This document shows positions 36,257 to 52,213 of a stretch of DNA of 64,000 nt, one piece after another (position 1 is the first letter of the stretch; each line of letters starts with the position of its first letter). The position numbers and the translations under genes are program-made. The stretch lies in assembly GCF_009914755.1 (NCBI RefSeq), contig NC_060934.1. The stretch is one strand, 5' to 3'. The stretch comes from the human T2T-CHM13v2.0 reference genome, Homo sapiens. Under the pieces are notes generated by a model. The model was not told where the DNA came from, searched no databases, and was given only the letters and a program-made list of their open reading frames with translations.

Positions 36257-37414
36257 GAGTATATCTACTTATTATCTCAACCTCAGCATAAGCTGGTTAT
36301 TAGCAACTTATAATCCCTTAACTTGCCTAGGTTTCTAAAACAAAATCATACTTATTCTGCATTAATTTTGTATTGTAATCTAAAGCTCTTGATAGTTGGT
36401 CAAGTTCATTCACACTCAGACGAAAATGAGTTAAGGTTGTCATAGGCCTTGTGTTTACTGTACACAAAGGAAGTATTCTACAGGAAATTTAGCATGGGTA
36501 TCACTTTTCACTACAGGCATTTTATATATAGTCTATAAAATTCCTTCTTACATCCTTACAGAATACAAAGCATCAATATTGGGTGAAATCTATGAAACTT
36601 AAAAAACTGGCAAGGAGTAATGGTGGTGGAGATTTGTTTATTTTTTCTATGTCTTCACACATCCAACAAATTCTCAGAAAATACCAGGTAACCGGATCCC
36701 TTCTGAGTGTAGTAGAACAGAAAGAGAGTGATTACAAGACAATATTACAGTTCATTTTCAAATTAATAGAGGTCAATGTATCAGTAAGGATATATACACA
36801 CATACACATGCATGCCTACTATACACATAGCACTCCCTACCTCACACCCATTTTAGGTCTGAACTTCACTTGGAATTGGTAACAGTTATAAACAATTTAA
36901 CTCTGATGTGCTAAACTTTGATCTACTTTACCCATTAATCTTATGTGTTTATACTGTCCAGTGGAGTAAGACTGAAGGATGAAGGCTCTTGATGCTAAGA
37001 ATATTTAGATAGCTACAGAGGTGAGCCCTAGGGAACCCTCAGTCTCCTCTCTTGATGGGAATTATTAAATCATAAAAAGCCAAGACGTCTTAGTCCCATA
37101 CTTAAGGAAACAGGGCAAAAGTGAGTCAAGGACACATTGATCCCTAAGAAGGTAGGAGAGGTCAAATTAAAAACATCTTGCTTTCTCCTCCACTGATTCA
37201 AAGGGCAAGAAGCAAAGGGAAGATGGTTAAAGGGCTAGTAGTAGTCTTTTTACCCCGTACACAACTAATCTCATCATAGAATGGGTGTGTGCAAAATTTT
37301 CATGACCTTAGAGCATTTTATTTCTTGACTGATTCTACAACATCAGAAAAGTTTTAGGAAAAGCTCTATGGCTAACAGGAGGAAAAATTGTTAGATGTCA
37401 AATGATATTTAATG

Positions 37415-37660
37415 CTTATATCTAACAGCTTACATCAATTGAGGCAAAAGTCCAACCTGCCAGGTCCTGTGCTGAACACTTAACATCAATTATTTTACTA
37501 TATGCCAGTAGCAACTTATGAGTAGAAACCATTGTTATCTCTGTGTTATACATAAGAAAATTAACTGACTTGTCCAGTTCATACATGGCAGTAGCCAGAA
37601 CATAAACCCAGCTCTGTCTGCCTTTGAAGGACATGCTCTTAAAATATCACCACTTTATAC
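37415..37660 (-). mobile_element. MIR remnant
   Basis: TGCCAGGTCCTGTGCT..GACTTGTCCAG..AAACCCAG. Confidence 0.6.
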
Positions 37661-37729
37661 TGCTTCTTTAAAATCCCTGAGTAACATTAATTGCCCCTGT
37701 TTGACTGTCAATTTAATTTACATTAAATG

Positions 37730-39520
37730 TTAGAATTAATAAGTAAATTTAGCAAAATCCTGGGTACAAAATAATTTTAATTTCTAAATTCTAGCAACAA
37801 ACAATAAAATAAAATATTATTTATATATAGTACCAGCAAAATAAATAGGAATATATTTAATGAAATATGTAAAAGTTTCCTATATTGAAACCTTTTTAAA
37901 AATACTGAGTTACAGAAGACCTAACTAAATGGAAAGACTATACCATGTTCATGGATTAGATCTACCATTTAAATATGTTTCCCTCAAACTTATTTATATA
38001 TTCAATACAATCCAAACCAAACACCAGATTGTTGTTATAGTTTATTTACATAAAAACTGACAAATTGATTCTAGAATTTGTGGAGAGATGATAGGGTCAA
38101 GCAAATCACAAGGAACAATAAAGTTGGCTGGGCATAGTAGCTCATGCCTGTAATCTCAGTACTTTGGGAGGCTGAGGTGGGAGGATCACTGGAGCCCGGG
38201 AGTTTGAGACCAGCCTGGCCAACATAGACAGACTCTGTCTATATTTAAAATAAACACTTTTTAAAAAGAACAATATGACTATAAGGCTTATGTTACCAGA
38301 AATCAAGTTAATTATAGTTACAGTAATTAGTACAATTCAGTGTTTCACAGAAAGACAAATAGACCAATAGACCAGGATAAGAATCTAGGAACAGACCTAT
38401 ACATATGCGATCACTCAATTTGAGACAGAAGTGAAACTTTAAGGTAGGGGGATAAGAATAGTCTTCAATTAATGGATCAATATGATATATGTTCAGAAAA
38501 AATAAATCTTATCCTTATCATACATAATACACAAAAATTAACCCCAGATAGATTGAAAATCTAAACAAGAATGGCTTAAAATACCATGAAAGAATATCAT
38601 CATAATTTTGGGCTAGGCAAATAAGTTTTAAACTGGATATAAACAGCACTAACCATAAAGGAAAAAATAATAATTAGATTACATTAAAATTAAGAATTTC
38701 TGTTCATTAAAAGGAACCATTAAAAGTGTAAAAAGATAAGTGCCAGAATAAGGGAATGTATTTGCAGTACATTTTTTTCAACAACACAGAGTACATGAAG
38801 AATCCTCACAAATCAATAAAGAAAATATAACTGACACAATGGGGTTAGATGGGAAAAAGATACATATAGACAATTCAGAAAAGAAGATGTTAAAAAAACA
38901 ATAAAAATATGAAACAGTGCTCAACTTCTTTTGCGGTCAAAGAAATGAAAATCAACATCACAATGCAATACTACTACACACCTACTTGAATGGATAAAAT
39001 GAAAAAGACAAGCATTGGTACATATATGGAGCAACTAGCTGACTTTCCATCAGCAGTGTGTGAAATTTCTAAATCACCCATATAAGTGCTAATACTTGTC
39101 TTTGGAAAACTGGTTGGTGGACAGTAGCTACTAATGCTGAACCACTTCAAGGTAGATACCTAACAAAAACATGTAAATATGTCCACAGAAAATTATTGGT
39201 ATGTGGAACAACATGAATTTCACAAACATAATGACAGACAGATGTCAGATACAGAGAGGAACTACTATATGATTCTGTTTACATAAACTTTCCAAACACA
39301 AAACTAATCTCTGATGTTAGAAGTCAGTATCGCTGGTGGAGGTTAGTACTGGCTGGGGCCTAAGAGGAATTTTCGGGTGCTAGTGATGTTCTATTTTTTA
39401 TCTAGGTGCTAGTTGCATGGATGTGCTCACTTTAAGAAAATTCAATAAAGTATATACTCTTATGACTTGTGTCCTTTTCAGTATGCTTGTTATACTTCAG
39501 TAAAAAATTAATTTAAAAAG
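37730..39520 (+). mobile_element. Old L1M (L1MD/ME-like) ORF2 end plus 3'UTR, interrupted by a FLAM
   Basis: Degenerate ORF2 nucleotide motifs (TACCATGTTCATGGAT, ATTAAAATTAAGAATTTCTGTTC) and an L1M 3' end. Confidence 0.75.
38126..38254 (+). mobile_element. Free left Alu monomer (FLAM_C-like)
   Basis: GGCTGGGCATAGTAGCTCATGCCTGTAATC..AGGATCACTGGAGCCC; short direct repeat GAACAATA on both sides. Confidence 0.85.
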
Positions 39521-42500
39521 TAACATATGATCTTTATGGATACATCCCTGTTTGCTTCAGAAAGATTAAGATTCTTGAGGAACAGATTCTTCAGACAACA
39601 TTGCATCTCCATCTAGGGTCTTGCATCCCACTAAGCACATAGATTAGCAAGTGAATTCATTGAGGTCATTAGTTACTTGGAATGAAATAAAATGTAGTAT
39701 GTTCTATTCCTTTTAGTGGAGTATAACTTCATTAGTTTCAGCTTATTTGTACCACATCTATGAGGGCACCATTGCCTGCTATGACTAGGATCAAAGTCAA
39801 CAAGTTGAGAAGATGTGTTCTCTATTTTAGCAACACACACCTGCACAGTTTGCTCTTCCTACCAGCCTCTCCTTTGAAGAGTCTTAATCCCACCTTCACT
39901 GGCTCTCCAAGGCTATTACAGAATTTTTTTCATCAAGAAAGTATATATATATATAGGTGATACATAAAGAGATAGAAAGCACTTAGAAAGATCTTAGAGA
40001 TTCCTAGTCTTTCTTTCCTCTGGCCATTCATTTTCAAGAGGGTATGACTGAGGAGCAAAAATAAAGATAATTCATTCAAATAAATAGAGCTAATTAATGG
40101 CAGAACTCAGATTAAAATCTAATTCTTATGATTGCTAGTCTACATTCTCCCCACTGTACTGAGCTTCTCCATGATCTTGTAACAGTCATTATTTAACTTC
40201 TGTGGTTTGCTGTGCACTTGTTATTAAAATGTTGCTCCTTACCCTGCAACACCTCAATTATCTTCAGGATGGAGACCACACTTGACCTGACCCAGGGCCT
40301 GGCACAAACAAGGCTTTCCCAGGGTCACCTGCTAGCTAATTCAATCAGCCACATGAATTACTCCACATATCTTTTTAGAATTACATTTCTCAGACCATCT
40401 AAGGAATAAATAATAGCCAGAACAAATAAAATAGATGGTCCTGGGGAGGAGAGCCTATGCCAGCACAGACAGTCATAGCCAGGCCACCAGACCTTAAATG
40501 CCCTAAGTCTCCCTTAATCCCTGAACAATATAATCTACCTGCCATCGATGAAAAACTCAAAGCCAAAGAATTCAACCAAAGGCACTTCTTCTGGCTGCCA
40601 CTTCAGTGGTTCATTTACTTAGAGCTGAAAAATCAAAGGAGACAAAGGATGTATCTGTTTTATTCAAACTCACATTCATTTTCCATCAAATTTCCATTTT
40701 TCCCCTTAAATGGGTGCATTTTAATTTTGGGCTCATTATTTATTATCATTTCATTTATTTAGAAATGGAAAGTTCAAACAGTTTAAGAGATTAAATAACT
40801 GGACTTTCTAAAGCTAAAAATAAATCAGCAAATCTAGGTATGTGTTGGATTAAGTTTCAAAATATTTGTGGTTTTTGATCCAATATCAAAATACATTATT
40901 GCCAAATATTCTTTCTTTCTTTTCAAATCTTAAACACATGTATATTTTAGGGGAAATTCAATACAAAGTTTTCAGAGTCATTGCTAAAGATATGTGAGCT
41001 TTATAAAGAGCTTCTCTTTTAAAAGTTAAACAAATTCTTTCTAACATAAAATCAGATGGTGAAGAAATTCTGACCTTTAAAAATGCAATTATTTAATCTT
41101 CATGTTCTAACTAACTCTTCAAAAGCTGCAGATATCAATTTAATCAAATGCCTTCAATTTTTCCCAAGAAAAGTTGCTCAAGAAACTAACGCGAGTTGAT
41201 CACTTATAAGATGCTGTGCATTTTTAGGTCTAGTGCCTTATTTACTTTTGAGAACAGCTCTTAGAAGGAGGAATTATTATTTCCTAAAGAGTTGAGTCAC
41301 TTACTCCACATTTCAAAGGAAGAAAATGGCAGAACTGAGATTTCCCACCAGGTCTGCTTGATTCTAAGGGCTGAGCTTTTAAAATAATTGTCATTGTGTC
41401 TCTGAGCTGGCTAAAGGTAAAAGACACAAAATAAATGGCATGAAAACATAAACTTTCATTACTTTATCTTAGATGAGGGGAAAAAAGAGAGAGAGAGAGA
41501 GAAAAGAAAAATAAATAAAGCACCATTAAATAAAGCTCCCAAAGACATTTTTATGTCATAAAATTTCTTAGCCTTCTATAAACCCAGCTTGGACCACCTG
41601 ATTATATTTATAAAATACTCTCTGGGAGCTAACAATTAATTGGGAAAGTTAAATAAATGAACATAAATTACCACCACAATGAGCACTATCTTTTATTGTG
41701 GCACAAAAAGCATCTCTTTCAGTACTTAATGGAGAAAAACTCCAAGAAGGAGAGTGAAATGCTCTTGGGTTAAAAATGACTTTCAATAAATGATTGACGT
41801 AGATCAAAGACAATGCATTAGAGAAAGCTGGGTCCTGATGAGTCATATAATTTCATTTCAACTCCATTCAACATGCATTTATTGACGATCATAGAGACAT
41901 GAAAACCCATCCAAAAATTGTCATGGTCATTTCATTTCAATTTGAAAAACTACCAGGAAAAACACCTACAGCTAGAATCATACAAATTCCTTCTAAGACA
42001 ATTAAAACATTCATAACGCTTTCAAGTGTCACATGACAGGACAGAGCCAGAAGTTATCATTATCACTTCTGCTTTTGAGATACAAAAACTGAATTTCCTT
42101 GAGAGCAAAGGTCTACCCAAGGTCATGTGACACATCAGAAAATGGTGCTACCCACTAGTCTCCTCCGTTTTATTCCAAAGCTTCTTCTCAGCTGGGCAGA
42201 TTACACAAATGACACGAATGTAGTCAGACACACTCATATGACAGCTGGTTTACTGTGCTAGCCAATATGTATCATTCAATTTTGGAAATACAGATACTCC
42301 TGAGTATTAAGGGAGCTGAAAATCAACCCATTGTCTCCAAGTTTTAAGAAAACCAATAGATGACAGCATTTCAACCCACCATTTCGCCCTAAGGGAGTCA
42401 CCATAAGGAAAGAAAGTACTGCAATCCTGAGAAGTGTTGAATCTAATGATTAGAGAATTACAAAGAAATCGAATGACTAGTCAGGTTTTTCTGCATGCAT

Positions 42501-43374
42501 GATTGGATGCCAAGTTTTTTAATTAGTCAAAAGATTTCCAGGGGGAAAGAAAGCAAGTACAGCTCCAGCCAATCCAGCAGAAAAGATTTCCATTCCTTTT
42601 CCTGCTCTTTGAGGGCACTGTAAAGCAAACAGTCAGTTCTAGGGATTCTGAATTCCACATATGGAAGGACTATGGGATAACCAGAGAAATTCCTTCTCAT
42701 TAAAAGACTGGGTATTACCTAAGGCTACTTGGAATTTTTCACTGTATCTTCAGTCAGTCACACCTTGTAAATAAAATAATAGTAGTTATAACAACTATCA
42801 TTTATTGAGCAGCTATTATGTGCCAAGTGTTTTAACAAAAACAATGACAACAGTGAGGAGCATTTTTCAGATGGCTGTGAAAGTAACTTGTTCAATGTAA
42901 ACACTTCAGTGTAGAATAGGGATTTCACCCAAGATCAATCTAGCCAAAACTTCCATCAACTTAGAACCATACCATTCTATCGTCCACAAAATGCAGTCTG
43001 TCATTCTCCGATGTGTGTTTACAAGAAGAAATTCTTGATACTGTATATATGCTCACCTGTGACTCTGGGTAAAGATTAGTTTTAAAGGGTGAGGTTGTTT
43101 CCCTTCTGTATCTTGAACCAAAAATTCAACTGTCAAACTTAGAATATGTGAAAGACATGAGATAAATTTAGAAGTGGAGATCATTCGTTCATTAAAGCAG
43201 CTTACTAGGTGAGGACATAAAAGGAAAGAAACTGGGTATAAGCCTGTTACTTTTAAATGACTATCACATGGATTTGGCCACAAAGATACTCTTGGCTGGA
43301 TTAATTAATTAAACTCCTTATTTTTTCATTTCAAATTTTGAGCAGTACTTACTTCAACTAAAGGAATTGCCTTG

Positions 43375-45714
43375 TGATACGGTTAGGCTTTGGGTCCCCA
43401 CCCAAATCTCATCTTGAACTGTAATCTCCATAATCCCCACATGTCAAAGGAGACCAGGTGGAGGTAATTGAATCATAGGGACAGTTTCCCCCATAGTGTT
43501 CTCATGATAGTGAGTTGGTACTCATGATATCTGATGGTTTTATAAGGTCTTCCCTGTTTGCTCAGCGCTTTTCCTTCCTGCTGCCTTGTAAAGAAGGTGC
43601 CTTTCTTCCCCTTCACCTTCTGCCATGATTGTAAGTTTCCGAGACCTCCGCAGCTATGTTGAACTGTGAGTAAATTACACCTCTTTCCATTATAAATTAC
43701 CCAATATCACGCAGTTCTTTATAGCAGCATGAAAATGGACTAATACAGTAAATTGGTACCAGGAGTGTGCTGCTGATATAAAGATATTTGAAAATAATCT
43801 GGAAGTGACTTTGGAGGTGGGTAACAGGCAGAGGTTTAAACAATTTGGAGTGCTCAGAAGAAGATAGAAAAATGTGGGAAAGTTTGGAACTTCCTAGAGA
43901 CTTGTTGAATGGCTTTGGCCAAAATGCTGACGGTGATATAGACAATAAAGTCCAGGCTGAGGTGGTCTCAGATGGAGATGAAGAACTTATTGGTAACTAG
44001 AATAAAGGTGACTCTGGCTATGCTTTAGCAAAGAGACTGGTGGCATTTTGCCCCTACCCTAGAGATCTGTGGAACTTTGAACTTGAGAGAGATGATTTAG
44101 GATATCTGGCGAGAAGAAATTTCTTAGCAGCAAAGCATTCAAGAGGTGACATGGGTGCTCTTAAAACCATTCAGTTTTATGCACTCACAAAGAGATGATT
44201 TGGAATTGGAACTTATGTATAAAAGGAAAGCAGGGCATAAAAGTTGGGAAAATTTGCAACCTGATGATGTGATAGAAAAGAAAAACCCATTTTCTGGGGA
44301 GAAATTCAAGCTGGCTACAGAAATTTGCATACGTAATGAGGAGCTAAATGTTGGTGGCCAAGACAATAGGGAAAATGTCTCCAGAACATGCCAGAGGTCT
44401 TCATCGTAGCCCCTCTCATTACAGTCCCAGAGCCCTAGGAGGAAAAAATGATTTCATGGGCCAGGCCCAGGACCTTGCTGTTTTGTGCAGACTCAGGACT
44501 TTGTGCCCTGTGTCTTAGCCATGGCTAAAAAGGGCCAATGTAGAGCTCAGGCTATTGCTTCAGATGGTGCAAGCCCCAAGCCTTGGTAGCTTACATATGA
44601 TGTTGGGCCTGTGGGTGCACAGAAGTCAGGAATTCAGGTTTGGAAACCTCTGCCTAGACTTCAGAGGATGTATGTAAACACTGGGTGTCCATACAGAAGT
44701 TTGCTGCAGGTGTAGAGCCCTCATGGAGAACCTCTGCTAGGGAAGTACAGAAGGAAAATGTGGGGTTGGAGTCCCCACACAGAGTCCCCACTGGTGCACT
44801 GGCTAGTGGAGCTGTGAGACGAGGACTGCTGTTTTCCAGACCTCAGAATGGTAGCTCCACTGACAGCTTGCACCATGCACCTGGAAAAGCCACACTCAAT
44901 GCCAGCCCATGAAAGCAGCAAAGATGGGAACTGTACCCTGCAAAGCCACAGGGGCAGAGCTGCCTAGGCCATGGGAGCCCATCTCTTGCATCTGTATAAC
45001 CTGGATGTGATACATGGAATGAAAGGTGATTATTTCAGAGCTTTAAGATTTTACTGCCCTGCTGGATTTTGAATGTTCATGGGGCCTGTAGCCCCTTCCT
45101 TTTGGCCAATTTGTCCCATTTGAAATGGGTGTATCTACCCAATGCCTGTACCTCCATTCTATCTTGCTTTTGATTTTACAGGCTCATGGGCAAAAGAGAC
45201 TTGCCTTGCCTCAGTTGAGACTTTGGATTTTGGGGTTAATGTTGGAATGAATTAAGACTTTGGGGGACTGTTGGGAAGGCATGATTAGATTTGAAATGTG
45301 AAAGGGACATGAGATTTGGGAGAGGTCTGGGGCAGAATAATATGGTTAGGCTTTGTGTCCCCACCTAAATCTCATCTTGAATTGTAATCCCCATAATCCC
45401 CATGTGTCAAGCCAGAGACTAGATAGAGGTAATTAAATCATGGAGGCAGTTTTGCCTGTGGTGTTCCTATGATAGTGAATTAGCTCTCATGAGATCTGAT
45501 GGTTTTATAAGTGGCTATTCCCCCTTTGCTCAGCACTTTTCCTTTCTGCTGCCTTGTGAAGAAGGTCTTGCTTCCCCTTAGGCTTCCATCATTATTGTAA
45601 GTTTCCTTAGGTCTCCCCAGCCATGCTGAACTGTGAGTGAATTAAACCTCTTTACTTCATAAATTTTTCAGTCTCTGGCAGTTCTTTATAGCAGTATGAA
45701 AATGGACCACTACA
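43375..45714 (+). mobile_element. Full-length THE1D element (LTRs 43375-43747 and 45338-45714, ~1.6-kb int)
   Basis: Paired LTRs; perfect 5-bp TSD CCTTG. Confidence 0.95.
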
Positions 45715-46337
45715 CCTTGCAAGGGTATAAAACATCAGGATGGCAAAATTCATCTTGACCAAAGCAAAGACTAGGGCTTTCTTTCAGAGGTTCATGAGAA
45801 GAAGCTGGGGCATAATTTTACTCTTGACCAGCCAAGAAATTAGCAGCCAAATAAATTACCAAGAAAAGTCATACAAAAGCTGGAATGTCGAGGGCATGAT
45901 TATTTCTCATCCATCCCATTACCTTTAATTTGTTCTCTTGCTGGATGGCAGAAAACTTGCCAGGCTAAGAATGGTTTTAGCAGCAGTATTATACTGAGCC
46001 AAAATAACTGAGCTGGTTGCACAGGCATGCAAAAGGAGCAAAGAAGCAACATCATACCACAATGTAATGACCTTCTCACTTCACTGACATTTTCCTATCT
46101 CCTTCTGCTAGGCTATCTCTGATAGTTGTGAATACAGAAATGCTGTTTCAGCTAATGTGGTGGCTAGTGAAGTAATAAACTTCTTTTTTGGAAACTGGTG
46201 ATTTTTTTCTTGAGAAGTGGCTTTAAAAATGAACAAACACCCCAGCCAAGGTTGCAGTCTCTAAACAAATACTTCACTTAGACCCTTGCCTCAATCAGAG
46301 GTCTTCCTTCTTGGACTTGGGCCTAATTTTGTTTCAT

Positions 46338-46714
<377 letters not shown>

Positions 46715-48399
46715 TAAAATGAGCAATGAAGCAGAATCATATATCTAAGAAGCTAAGAATGGTCAATGAATTACTCCACTGCCTCTTCTCTGTAATCTAA
46801 AATAGCATGCAATGGTTTTTGCTTCCTTCTTTTAAGATTATATTTTCTTTTATTTAAAGGCTCAGCAGATATAGACCTTTAACTTTTTCTGGAGTGAACA
46901 GAAAGAGCTTTGCCTTTCTTCAGTGACCACTCCTCAGAGAAGGTGTTCTGACTCCTTTTCATCATCACCCATGGGTAGAGATGGTTGGGAGTGCTGAGAT
47001 CCAATTCTGACTCTCTTATCTGATCTGAGGTGGGCTTATTGGGTAGGCCTTCTTTGCTGTTTGGAAGCAATTTTCAAAAGCAAGTGGGCACAATTTTGAA
47101 CAGAACTCTGTAAAGGAATACAATATTATTACATGTTCCATTTGTCACCATGTGTGAAATGCATTTTTCTAAGTAAGCAACATATATATTTCAATGCAAC
47201 TTGCTTACTAGACCAGTTTAAAAAGATCATTATTGTGTGGTAAATGCTAGAATGCTCCTGGTTTATAAAAAGGAATTCAGACAGTGGCTGCTCTGGAATG
47301 CTGAATTCAAATCTCAGTTCAGTCTTCATGAATGGGACAGTTCTTGGGCTTTATTAATCCTCAACTTCCACAGTTGTGATATGAGAATATTGGACTGCAG
47401 CATTTTATGCTAGGAATGAGTTACTGAGGATTTCTCACAACTCACAATTTACATAACTCACGACTAATTTTCCCAGAGGGATGCATGTAACGTGGGATTC
47501 ACGTTATTTCCAATTTTATGCATAAAGTACGTCTTTATACTTTTCAATTTCCAATTTGCATAAAGTGAAATCTCATGGTAACGATAATAGTATTATGACC
47601 TTATGGCACCTTTCTGAGCAATCAGTGAGATAATTCTTACATGCAAACATTTAGCATCTGGCACAATGCACAATAAATGATTATCATGAGTATAAATATT
47701 CTGTGATTATTACTAGCACCACTGCTATTATAACTATTATTACCAGCACCCTGAACCTTGCATACCCCAGCCTTTATCAACTAAAGAACAATTGCTGAAT
47801 TCTTTACTCCAGCACAATCATTTTTTAAATCTAATCTTTTGAAAAATTGGTCCCTCCAGAAATGGTTTGACTGAATTATGCTTGAGAATGAGCATAATCA
47901 TACAAAAAAGTTATTATGCAAAGGGGTCCTGTGAAATGTGTCACTGTTCCTTTTGCTGTTTGCTCTTGAGGAGATCGGCCATCACGTCCCGCAAGAGAAA
48001 TTCCTGGCTATTCTGGCTTCCAGAATGCTTTAGATCAAGGGAATCATTTTAAAATAATGATCCCTGTCAAGAGAGAAACTGATAAATCTTACCTCTTAGA
48101 CCTCCGAAGAACCACAACTAAATTGGTAGCCTGACCAACACATTTAAGTGTCACTAGATTTCCTTTTACTCTCTTATCTTTCTTCTTTTGCCCCATCTTT
48201 AATTTATACCACTTTACATGTGGTATATGCCCTTATTAATTATTGCAGTATTTTATGGACAAAAAAATGAGTATAAATCAATGAATGATTAATGAATTCC
48301 TTTAAAAGGAGAGATGAAAAGAAACACATAGAAGAGCCTTCAAGCACATACTTGCTGATTATAAATATTAAGACTCTAAGAATCACTGAAGGGGATCTT

Positions 48400-48908
48400 C
48401 ATCAACTCCTACAGTGGACATCTGTCCTTTTTGCAGGCCAAGCATTAATGAATTTTTTCTTTGGGGATCATGGTCTCTCAATCACAGACCTTGTGGTTTT
48501 GAGAAATTGGCACCATTCTTGGCTCCCGGGCATTTGACTCCTCTCTAGCCTCAATGATTGGTTCATGAATGGGTTTGTTGTCTCAACTAGGGGAGTAGAG
48601 GTCACTCCTGGGACTTCAGGTATGATTCATAAAAAGATGTGCTCTTTCTGGTGAGGCCGCTAAACTGGTATGACACAAGCTTGGGACATCGAGGGGACAT
48701 CATGTGGCAAGAGCCACATGATGAGAGTTCTTTCAACCTGAGAACAGAGTTGAGAGAAGGGCTGAGTATGGGTAAAATTATTTGTGTTCCTGAGTGTACC
48801 TGAAAGTAAAGCTGGCTTGCTTCAAGACTTTCCTGTTATGTAACAAAACAATTTATTTTCATTTAAGTCAATTTGAGTTATTTGCAACAGATGAAGTTCT
48901 GACTACTA
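48400..48908 (+). mobile_element. Old MLT1 (K/L-like) LTR
   Basis: GATTGGTTC..TTTAAGTCAATTTGAGTT..TTGCAAC..GTTCTGACTA 3' end. Confidence 0.55.
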
Positions 48909-49129
48909 TCCTCAAGTACTAATATTTCAGCTGGTTTTTCTCTTGTTGAATGTCAAGTGAAATATTAAGTGACAAAATCTGAAAAGTCAAGGTTTTCAAC
49001 CACATCTTTCAGTCTCCTTCAGAACACCCTCAACACTCCTCATCATTTCAGCCTGACTGTTTCCTTGTGACCAGCAAGTTACAATTGAGAAAGTTTAGAT
49101 AAAATTTCTATTCTCAAATCTCTGGAACT

Positions 49130-50470
49130 TAAATAAGCCCTCACACCTATGAGCATCTGATCTTTGACAAAGCTGACAAAAACAGGCAATGGGGGAAAAG
49201 GCTCCCTATTTTCAATAAATGGTGCTGAGATAACTGGCTAGCCATATGCAGAAGGCTGAAGCTGGACCCTATCCTCACAATATCAAAAATCAAGTAAAGA
49301 TGGATTAAATACTTAAATTTAAGACACAAAACTATAAACACCCTAGAAGACAATCTAGGCAATACCATCCTGAACATAGAAATGGGCAAAGATTTCATGA
49401 GACCCAAAAAGCAATTGCAACAAAAGCAGAAATTGACACGTGGGATGTAATTAAACTTAAGAGCTTCTGCACAGGAGAAGAAACTATCAACAGAGTTAAC
49501 AGACAACCTATGGAATGAGAATAAAATATTTACAAACTATTCATATGACAAAGGTCTGATACAGAACATCTATAAGTAACTTAGACAAAAATTATAAGAG
49601 AAAAACAAGTAACCCCATTAAAAAGTGGGCAAGGACATGCACAGACACTTTTCAAAAGAAGACATACATGCGGCCAAAAGCATGTGAAAAAAAAGCTCAA
49701 TATCACTTATCATTAGAAAAATGCAAATCAAAACCACAATGAGATACCATCTCACACCAGTCAAAATGGCTATAATGAAAAAGTCAAAAAATAACAGATG
49801 CTGGTAAGGTTGTAGAGAAAATGGAACACTTTTACACTGTTGTTGGGAGTACAAATAGTTCAACCACTGTCAAAGCAGTATGGCGATTCCTTAGAGAGCT
49901 AAAAGCAGAACTACCATTCGACCCAGCCATCCCATTACTGAGTATATACCCAGAGAAATATAAATTTTTCTACCATAAAGACACACGCATGGGAATGTTC
50001 ACTGCAGCACTATTCACAATAACAAAGACATGGAATCAACCTAAATACCCATCAATGACATATTGGATAAAGAAAATGTGGTACTTATATACCATAGAAT
50101 ACTAGGCAGCCATAAAAGAGAATGAGATCATGTCTTTTGTGGGAACATGGATGGAACTGGTGGTTATTATCCTTAGCAAACTAATGCAGGAACAGAAAAC
50201 CAAATACTGCATGTTCTCACTTATAAGTGGGAGCAAAATGATGAGAACTCATGAAGAAAGGAACAATGGACACTGGGATCTACTTGAGGGTGGAGGGTGG
50301 GAGAAGGGAGAGGAGCAGAAAAGACAGCTATTGGGTACTGGGTTTAATACCTGGGTGATGAAATAATCTGTATAACAAACCCCCGCGACATAAGTTTGAC
50401 TACATAACAAACCTTAACATGTACCCCTGAACCCAAAATAAAATTTTTTAAAAAATAAATTTAAAAAAGA
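49130..50470 (+). mobile_element. 5'-truncated L1PA15/16-like element
   Basis: ORF2 C-terminal remnants ([11 protein letters not shown]) and a 3'UTR with CTACTTGAGGGTGGAGGGTGGG..TACCCCTGAACC, then an A-rich tail. Confidence 0.88.
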
Positions 50471-51116
50471 AACTCAAAGACAGAAAAAATTCTGTCTTGA
50501 ACTCTACATGCTACAAACTGCTGGTAAAGAGCTGTGATTGTTGCTTCAGAGTTTGAGATGAAACCAAGAATTTTTTGTGCATACGTGACACTTTCTCCAT
50601 GAAAGAATCACTCTATATACAGTTCTCGCATGCTTTTCAGTAACATCAACTGCATGATCACTAGGGCATTATTTAAAAAAAAACAGTGGCCTCAGCAACT
50701 ATAATTTAGTCTTTGTGAGAAAATATTTTGGAAGATGTTACAGCAATTTCCATCATCACCAATTTTACACCTCGTCTTCTATGATTGTTCATGAAAAACC
50801 ACAGTGTCTCAAGCACACCTTCAATTCACCTTTCACACTTTGGCCAGAGTGAGCTTTTCAAAATACATGTCTGATGACATCTCTCCCTAATGTTGAACTC
50901 CTTAATATGGATTGTGAGGCTGTGTGTGATCTGGGCCCCACCTACCACTCAGTCTCACCACTGTAGTTCTCCTCTCCCTGTCTAGGCTCCAGGCTCACTG
51001 ATCTTCAGGTCTCCAGTATGTCAAACTGTCTCTTCCCAGGGCCTTTGTATATGTTGTCTCATATGTCTACCATGTTGTTTGCATTCCAACTCTATGTCAG
51101 CTTCTTTTTTATTATA

Positions 51117-51846
<730 letters not shown>

Positions 51847-52213
51847 TATTCTGTATTCCTTTCCATCAGAGCAATTGTCTCCTATTGTAATTAAACACTA
51901 ACCACGTGGTGGTAAGATCATGTTTCTCCCACTAGACATTTGGTTATAGGAAATTAGGACTTGTGGCTATCTGTGGTCATCTAGGTGCTTACCACAGTGC
52001 CTGGAATTCCCAATGATCAGTTTCTTGCCTTCACTTTATTCTCCTTTCAGCAGCATTTGACACAAACAACGAAGCACTCTTTGTAACATTCGTGACTCAA
52101 CTTCAGGGGCTCCACACTCTCAGGCTGCCCTCCTCTCTTGTGGCTGCTGCTTCTCAGTTTCCTTCACTTACACACCTGCTCCATCTCCTACTGTATCCTC
52201 TAAACAGTCACAC

